Program-made: the position numbers and the translations under genes
The notes under the pieces: generated by a model
The model's database searches: none
Seen by the model: the letters and a program-made list of their open reading frames with translations, nothing else
Told to the model about the DNA's origin: nothing
Shown here: positions 56,623 through 64,000 of the stretch, piece after piece
How the letters are laid out: the number at the start of each line of letters is the position of its first letter
How positions within the stretch are numbered: the stretch's first letter is position 1
Assembly: GCA_044892525.1 (NCBI GenBank)
Contig: CM097885.1
Coordinates: 234,050,001 to 234,114,000, forward strand
Reading direction: 5' to 3'
Source of the DNA: Schmidtea polychroa
Lineage: Eukaryota
DNA length: 64,000 bases

Positions 56623-58030
56623 GAATTGCGTTTTTTAAGGTAAAATTAGTCCATAAAATGCTAAATTGTTATTTTTTTCTTCATTATTTATATTTTCCAG
56701 ATTTTATTAATCATGTTTCTTTGACTTAATTTTATTTATTTATTTATTTATTTATTCAACAAAATCCATAATTCTAATTCAAAAAAAATTTATTTTTTGT
56801 GATACACAAAAGCAGCAGATTTTCCACTCTTGGTTCAATGCATCAAATCAAATTTGTATATTATAGTTATGTCTTTCTTGTAAATCATGTTGCTGTATTA
56901 TAAATTGATGAAATGTCGTGACAAAATAAATAATAAGATTATATGGACATTAGATGGATAAATATTGTAATTTTTTGATTCTAGGGGTACTCAATTATTT
57001 CGGGGAACTAGAACCTTTTTAACTTATGATATAACTAACGGAAACTTTATTTTTAAAAAACTTATAGGTTTTATAATGCAACAAGTTTTAGACATGAGTT
57101 TTCAAAAGAAATCCACATAAAGTCCAGTTTTTTACTTAATGAGAATAAAAAGAATAATCATCATCAAAACAAATTTTCAAAAAATATGGTCGTTATTGAA
57201 TATACTTTTTCAAGTATAGAAAATTACGGGAACTCCTTAAAGGTTTTAAGGAACCCAAAGGTTCCGTTGAACCTTAGTTGAAGAAACCCGATTTATGCTA
57301 TATAAAGGCAATTCAATAATAATGCACCTATGATACAATTTGGTGAACACAAGTTTTAATTAACCAACAATTTTTATCATATTTATCTTTTCGTTCCAAA
57401 TATACACTTGATAAAGACTGTACCGAAATATCGTGTTCCCTATATATTGTTTTAATTATTTAGTCTTACAAATATTAATATGATTATTATTGAACAATTT
57501 TTATAAATTATTTTTGTTTTAATTTCTTTATTGTAATGTTACATTTTAAAATGAAGTAATGAAAAATTAGTGGTTCATTTTCATTATAGAAAATTAATGA
57601 CTATTTAATAATAGAAGTAAAAATACTTCCAAAAAATGTTTCAACTGTAAAATAATTTCTGCTGTAAATATTCCACATATAAGAAATTTGTTTTAATGCT
57701 TGCCGTTGTGTGTACCGTGTATTTTAGTTATTATTTCATCAAAATCTTTTAAATTTTTTATATCTTTTTTATAAACCTACTTTATTTGTCTACAAAAGAA
57801 ATCCGTTGACTTCATATGAATTTCTAATGGTAAGTTTCTCCTTTATTCCTGCAAATTTTAGTGTGAACATAATTTGACATTTTTTTAGAAAAATAAATAA
57901 AGTTTTCTAATCATGTCTACCGAATGCGATTGGACAAGTTGATAAAACAATTTTTGATATATTTGAATTTTGAAATAATTATATAATAATTATGTATTAT
58001 AAAATGATGATTTCTTGGTAGCAGCATTTA

Positions 58031-58231
58031 TTATGTAAAACAATAAAGTAATAATTTAAGCCTTTTGCTGCGAAAATGTATTTAATGAAAATATTTCAAA
58101 ATATAAGATAGTCCTTGTCAATAAGATAGCCTTCCTGGAGATTGACAAGGACAATCTTAAAGTCGAAATTTTTTCATTAAATACATTATTCGCAGCAAAG
58201 GCTTAAATTATCACTTTATTGTTTTAAATAA
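58031..58231. repeat. Long fold-back (~92-bp arms, 18-nt loop)
   Basis: 58031-58122 is the near-perfect reverse complement of 58141-58231. Loop AAGATAGCCTTCCTGGAG. Confidence 0.85.
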
Positions 58232-59659
58232 TGTATTGAGTAATATTATTATGCGATGGCGGGGTACTAAAAATATTATATAATACTGTATATTAATGGA
58301 TATTTCACTTTAACTACCTTCTTACCTGATAATTCTGACTTAAATTTCACTATTAATAAAACAAAAATTTTTATTTCCAATCTAAACACATTTTAAAGCA
58401 AAATTACATTGTGCGTCAAATAGTATGTCGAATATTTTAAAAAATATTCAATTGCCTTAGTTTTTATTTTATAATGAGGAGGTATAGTTATTACGGTCAA
58501 CAGAGCAATGGATAAACTCTCTTATTAATATTATCAATGATAGTGCTAGGATATTCTGTCAATACAATGGCTCGCTATTGTAATTAAGAACATTTTATAA
58601 CTAATAATTTTCACTGAGTTAATTATTTTTGTTGTGAAAAAGAGCTGGTTTAAATGATGAGAGAAATTTTGAAATGTACGTTTTTTAAGCTTGGGTGCTG
58701 GGTATTAGTACTGTGAGAAAATTTCTTTTGAAAAAAATGCTCATTACAGACACATCTGTAGATTTAATAGTAAAATTTTTCAATATATCTTTTTTCAAGT
58801 ATTAAAAACTTCATTTTAACAAACAATTGATAAATTCAAAAATAAAATAAAGATGAACTAGATATACATATATAAATTTATTATTAAAAACGCAAAAAAT
58901 AGTATTTGATGTAATAACCGTATTTTTCCGCACAAAACCCGCAAACAAGTGCCACCCGCATCCTCATATAACCCGCGAGTTTTAACAAAACCAGTAAAAT
59001 AGAATTTAATATACTATAAAAAGTAAAAAAGATTCGGTGGAAATCTTTGAAATATATATGGCTGACGGCAAGATTTTTTGAAAGGTGTTGCAGAATCAAA
59101 CAAGGTCTATGAAAGGAGAACTATGTCAAATCCTTTTAGTCCCCTCAACATATTTTCGAGAAAATCGGAGCTCTATGAGACCCGAAATAATGACTAATTG
59201 GCTATTTTGATGGAAATTTCGAATATAGACTGCCGTCTAATAACCTGCGGTAGAATTGTACTGTATAAAATTCAACACTAAGACTTTAATACTTCTAAAT
59301 TTTTCATGTTGGAAACATGTTCATTACACATGCTAACATTATTTAATAACAAACGAACGCACGCAAATATTATGCGTGAGCTCGTGCGTTGATGAATGAT
59401 GCGTGACTTATTGACGTTTTGTATCGTTTTTATGTTTGCTAAGTGAATAACCAGACTTACATTTGGTAAGACTGATAATAATAAACAGTGCTTATTTATT
59501 TCCATTTTGTCAAAATATGACTTTTAGCCTTCTACATATAGTAATATACTGTATATTTTAGTGCGAAATATGCAATACTAACACCGTATAGGTTATACCA
59601 TAAAGTGAACAAAATTGTCTTAGTAATTTAAAAAAAATAAAAATTTCATTTCACCTATA

Positions 59660-60424
59660 ATGAGTGATATAAGGAATTTTTTTATCAAGAAGCGAAAGAT
59701 GAATGAAGAAATTCAAGAGAGCTCTCATGTACTTCCTTTGGATCCTTCCACATCTATGTCATTGCCAAAGTTATCGTCTGATTTATCAAGAAAAGAAGAC
59801 ATTTTAGAAGAAACAGTACAAAGTGATTTAGATATTGGTATGTATTTAAACAGGTATATTAATAACGAGGAACGATTGAAATTTTTAAAATCCCACTTTT
59901 TACCCAGTATAGAATATAATTTCAAAAAAGATGTAGATACTACTGCAAAACGAGCATTTCATCTGTAATGGTTAACAATTTACACTTCGATAGGTTACTC
60001 TTCCGCTGCAAAAGGCCCATTTTGCCACTTGTGTGTAGTGTTTCCACCTGTAGTGCATTGCAGTTTATTAGGAGCGTTTTTATAATAAATACGGCATCGT
60101 GATGCAATGAAACAATCAGAAAATTTTCTTAGTGTAGCATTAGGAAAACAAGCAGACGTATATCAGATTCTAAATAGTGCTCATGCCAAAGAAATTGATG
60201 CAAATAGAGTGAAACTTCGATATATAATAGCTTCAATAACTTTTTGTGCATGTCATGATCTTCGTTTTCCTGACAAAACTGACTATGGTTTGGTATTAAC
60301 AGACCTACTTCATTTTCAAGTGAATTCTGGAGATAAAACTTTTCAACAACACTTAGAATCAGGGGTTAAGAATGCGTTATATATATATTATCAGTCCCAA
60401 AATGAAATTATTGATGCTCTATAA
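59660..60424 (+). pseudogene. ZMYM1-like hAT transposase N-terminal remnant (TTF zinc finger / DUF4371 region)
   Basis: MSDIRNFFIKKRK..., then RAFHL*WL..YSSAAKGPFCHLCVVF, and LRYIIASITFCACHDL..GDKTFQQHLESGVKNALY..QSQNEII. Confidence 0.8.
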
Positions 60425-61302
60425 AGTTCTTTGAGAGAAACATTGATCAATCACCAGCAATCTCTCAATACAGGTCGAAAGGGGTAGATTGTCACGGTAA
60501 ATTAATATTTTAATTTAATTATTAATTGTACAAGTGTGCTTTTTGATAAAACCTAGTAACAGACTATTTCCAGTGCTCTATTGTTAAAAATATTGAAATT
60601 TTCAGTTGCTATAACATAACAATCAGTAAAGCCTAAACTCATAATTAAAATTTCAAATAATATTTTTATTCAATAAAAATAAAATTATATATTAATTATT
60701 ACAATTATGTTCTTTTTACAATTTAAAATTGTTTAATTATACTATTCCGTCTTTTCCATTTCAATTACGCTGCTGAAGTGGTTGAAGAGACATACTACGC
60801 GTCAATTTATTGACTCTCCGCAGTCTAACGGTTAAATGGATATTATATTTCCTTTTTAAAATTTTCATATTGTCAACTTTTTATATTTTTAATAATATTA
60901 AAATAATTAACATTAAAGTACATTGAACATTAATATTTGCAATGTCACAAAATTTCAACTACACTACTATAAATTGTTTTTGGATATAATGTTAATTTAT
61001 TATTTTTAATATTAAAAAAATATTTGTTAATTAATTTATATCAATTTCTAAATGACGCATCGGTTATAAGTCTTTAAAAGAATTTGTTTTAATTTCACAA
61101 ATAACTTTACGAATGATAACAAATAAACAAACAAAATTTGTCCTCAATTATTTGGGTTATTGAAAAATTTTCAACACAAAATACTTGCAATAAAAGATTT
61201 TTCTTACACAAAATAAAGCATGTTTAAAAAATCGGTAAAATAAAATATGATTCCGTCTGTGAGAATTCATAGATTGTTTATAAATGGCACCCCCATCACA
61301 TG

Positions 61303-62348
61303 CTACCTGATAATGAAACAGCTGAATATAATAAAAATAAATATAATTATTTCTTTATAGCTGGCGTGAAGTCTGTACGATTTATTGCACAAATCTGAGT
61401 CGCAAAAGCAATCTAATGTTTTTGAGTTGGAACCAGTTTTTTGTATACAGCCATTACCGATAACTGAGTGAGCACAATCTCTTGCTACTNNNNNNNNNNN
61501 NNNNNNNNNNNNNNNNNNNNNNNNNNNNNNNNNNNNNNNNNNNNNNNNNNNNNNNNNNNNNNNNNNNNNNNNNNNNNNNNNNNNNNNNNNNNNNNNNNNN
61601 NNNNNNNNNNNNNNNNNNNNNNNNNNNNNNNNNNNNNNNNNNNNNNNNNNNNNNNNNNNNNNNNNNNNNNNNNNNNNNNNNNNNNNNNNNNNNNNNNNNN
61701 NNNNNNNNNNNNNNNNNNNNNNNNNNNNNNNNNNNNNNNNNNNNNNNNNNNNNNNNNNNNNNNNNNNNNNNNNNNNNNNNNNNNNNNNNNNNNNNNNNNN
61801 NNNNNNNNNNNNNNNNNNNNNNNNNNNNNNNNNNNNNNNNNNNNNNNNNNNNNNNNNNNNNNNNNNNNNNNNNNNNNNNNNNNNNNNNNNNNNNNNNNNN
61901 NNNNNNNNNNNNNNNNNNNNNNNNNNNNNNNNNNNNNNNNNNNNNNNNNNNNNNNNNNNNNNNNNNNNNNCCCCAAGCATTTGGTGTCGATGTATATCTA
62001 TCAAACACAGTTTTCATACAAGAATTGTATTCTTCAGAATCACATTCTTGTTCATAATTGTTTAAATTTTCTATATTATCACTTTCTTGGCATCCGTCAG
62101 AGGACTTTTGTCCTTTATCAATCAAAGCATAATTGTCACAAACATAACATTTAATTTTCCCATCAACTAGATTAACAAAAAAATTATTTCAAAATTAAAC
62201 TTATTAGTCAAAATTTATAGAAAAACTTTGGATATATTAATAATATCAATTACAATTACAAAAAAAACAATTAACCTGAATAAAACAATAAAATGACAAT
62301 AATTGCTGGTAACAATCTCAAAGAATTAATTTTATTAATTATCGCCAT
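61303..62348 (-). CDS. Ly6/uPAR (three-finger, quiver/sleepless-like) GPI-anchored or membrane protein; middle part in an N-gap
   Basis: Exon 62348-62276 is a signal peptide (MAIINKINSLRLLPAIIVILLFYS). The exon from 62166 gives VDGKIKCYVC...GC...ECDSEEYNSCMK. After the gap: RDC..GC..CFCDSDLCN plus a hydrophobic tail. Confidence 0.85.
61490..61970. other. Assembly gap (others at ~33125-33255 and ~36417-36561)
   Basis: Runs of N. Confidence 1.
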
Positions 62349-62566
62349 TAAAAAGAAAAACTTTCTCCTCTACACAATTTGATATAAGTAGTGAAATAAA
62401 ATAAAAATCAAAATGTAAAACGCGAATATTTATACACGACACAATTGTCTTTATTTTCTCAAATTTCAAGCACCGACAGCACACAAAATTCAATAGCATC
62501 ATTATTTGACAAATCGATAAAATTAGAGTCGTTCTAAAAATTTATTTCTCATCTAACATTCAGTAT

Positions 62567-63946
62567 TTAATATTTTTTTCGTTGATTTTGTAGAAAAAGT
62601 GATTTTTCTACTTTCAGTTGGTTGATTTCGTTTTGAACGGTTTCAATAAAGCTGGATTTGGTGAAATAAATTGTTTTCAACCATTCTGTACTTTTTTGCA
62701 CTTGATTTCTGAGAGGATTGTTGATGAGCTGCTCGATGTTGTCTCTATCCGCCAATAATTGGTCTATGATCTCTTGTAAATCAGAGAGTTTTTTATTAAA
62801 TTTTTGCAATTTTTGATATTTGGGAATATCGGGATTTCTTTCCGTCTTAGCCAACTCGCTCCCTTCCAACAGTCGGCCCGATGAGAGGTCAATTTCATTG
62901 AATGAGGATTTTCTCTCATCGTCACTTTTTGACATGTTTGAAACTACACTAATTTTTGCCAAATAAGGTTTGATTTTGCTATGAGGTTTGCTGACTCCTC
63001 TTTTGTTTTTTAATATGAAAGCTTTATCAAATAATGTCGCATTCCTGCGAGTGGATTCGGCTGGCTCTTTGAAATTCCATTTACAAATCTTTAGATCACG
63101 ATTTAGACCTAACATATCTAGATTTGGGTCTGATGGAATCTCCAAAGCATTGTCCACAGCTTTCACTTTTGAATGATTTCTCAAATTATCTTGCCAGTTA
63201 TTCATGTGGGGTTCAGATTTTATTTTACTGTTGAATGTTTTTAAACTTTTACACTTATCAATATTTTTAATAAAAGTAATTTGTTTGTTTCGAAAATCAA
63301 TTGGCGGTAAATTTTCATTGTCAGATTCGGGAGATTTTGATCGTTTTGTGAGATTTTTTTCCCAATTATTTATTGATTCCAATTGATAACAAGTGGAAAA
63401 GATTTCCCTTTCAACGAGACAATACAAATACCATAATTTTTCATGAAATGGAAGATTGGAGTCGGAGAACGAAGATTTATCGTCAGGATTAGATCTTTCC
63501 AACGATTCCAGTGCTATTTTGGCATCATTGATCGACTGAAGAACTTTATTGAACCCTCGATTGTGTCGAGATTGCTGAAAGTATTCCATATGATCTCGAG
63601 CTAATATTTTTACGACATCAAATGTAAGAATGTGGTGAAGATTTGAAAGAGATTCATGAATAGATAATTGAAGATCTATATATTTGAAGTCTTTATCTTC
63701 CAGGAAGACTTTATAAATTGAAGAAGTCGAATTCGACTTCATTGATCGAATATGGAGAAGGTCATTGATTTCTGAAGGCTTTCTACTAAAATATTGTGAA
63801 TAATATTGGTTGATATTCCGATAGGTTGCATTGAAATTATTAAATTGGCTTTTTAATTGACTTCCAACCAGATTTATATTATCATAAATTAGCCTTAATC
63901 TACCCCAAAGTTTTTTGGAATCTCTTTGCTTGATTTTCGAGTTCAT
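62567..63946 (-). CDS. Uncharacterised intronless 459-aa protein with a C-terminal coiled coil
   Basis: A 1380-nt uninterrupted ORF in very AT-rich DNA is unlikely by chance. No domain recognised. Heptads at KLQKFNKKLSDLQEIIDQLL and VQNEINQLKVEK. Confidence 0.75.
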   Translation of the reverse strand: MNSKIKQRDSKKLWGRLRLIYDNINLVGSQLKSQFNNFNATYRNINQYYSQYFSRKPSEINDLLHIRSMKSNSTSSIYKVFLEDKDFKYIDLQLSIHESLSNLHHILTFDVVKILARDHMEYFQQSRHNRGFNKVLQSINDAKIALESLERSNPDDKSSFSDSNLPFHEKLWYLYCLVEREIFSTCYQLESINNWEKNLTKRSKSPESDNENLPPIDFRNKQITFIKNIDKCKSLKTFNSKIKSEPHMNNWQDNLRNHSKVKAVDNALEIPSDPNLDMLGLNRDLKICKWNFKEPAESTRRNATLFDKAFILKNKRGVSKPHSKIKPYLAKISVVSNMSKSDDERKSSFNEIDLSSGRLLEGSELAKTERNPDIPKYQKLQKFNKKLSDLQEIIDQLLADRDNIEQLINNPLRNQVQKSTEWLKTIYFTKSSFIETVQNEINQLKVEKSLFLQNQRKKY

Positions 63947-64000
63947 TTGGTTAATAATCTAATTAGTAATTAAATCTAATTAATAATAATTAATTAACAA

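Noticed and set aside
60780-60840. Minus-strand AACCGTTAGAC resembling the start of a flatworm spliced-leader RNA
   Set aside because: Similarity is limited to ~10 nt, with no leader-terminal ATG/GT donor or Sm site in the right place.

Overview
AT-rich, intron-containing eukaryotic (animal) draft-assembly DNA with three N-gaps and dense transposon content. Very short introns (39-52 nt), (AAT)n/(TA)n tracts and the gene set are compatible with a flatworm-like invertebrate (inference only). Host genes reconstructed by hand from splice sites: XPF/ERCC4 (5 exons, minus strand, 3' part lies left of the window); a 9-exon tektin-3-like gene (471 aa) with a candidate RFX X-box about 100 bp upstream; a 4-exon MANF/ARMET gene absent from the ORF track because it is frameshifted, mostly at homopolymers; an intronless divergent Ser/Thr kinase; a Ly6/three-finger membrane protein spanning a gap; and a 459-aa orphan ORF. 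Mobile DNA: Gypsy remnants, hAT, MULE, piggyBac-type, Tigger/pogo, Merlin, Penelope and a Polinton/adintovirus-type protein-primed polB relic, several of them nested with intact TSDs. A diverged LTR-like family occurs at least six times. The most unusual items are (i) a GC-rich 252-aa CxxC/coiled-coil ORF with its own splice acceptor lying between two LTR-like copies, (ii) the hidden MANF gene, (iii) a RING plus cold-shock-motif ORF nested antisense in the tektin intron, and (iv) a 13-bp minisatellite that arose inside a Penelope GIY-YIG domain. There is no CRISPR array, and no tRNA or rRNA gene was recognised.
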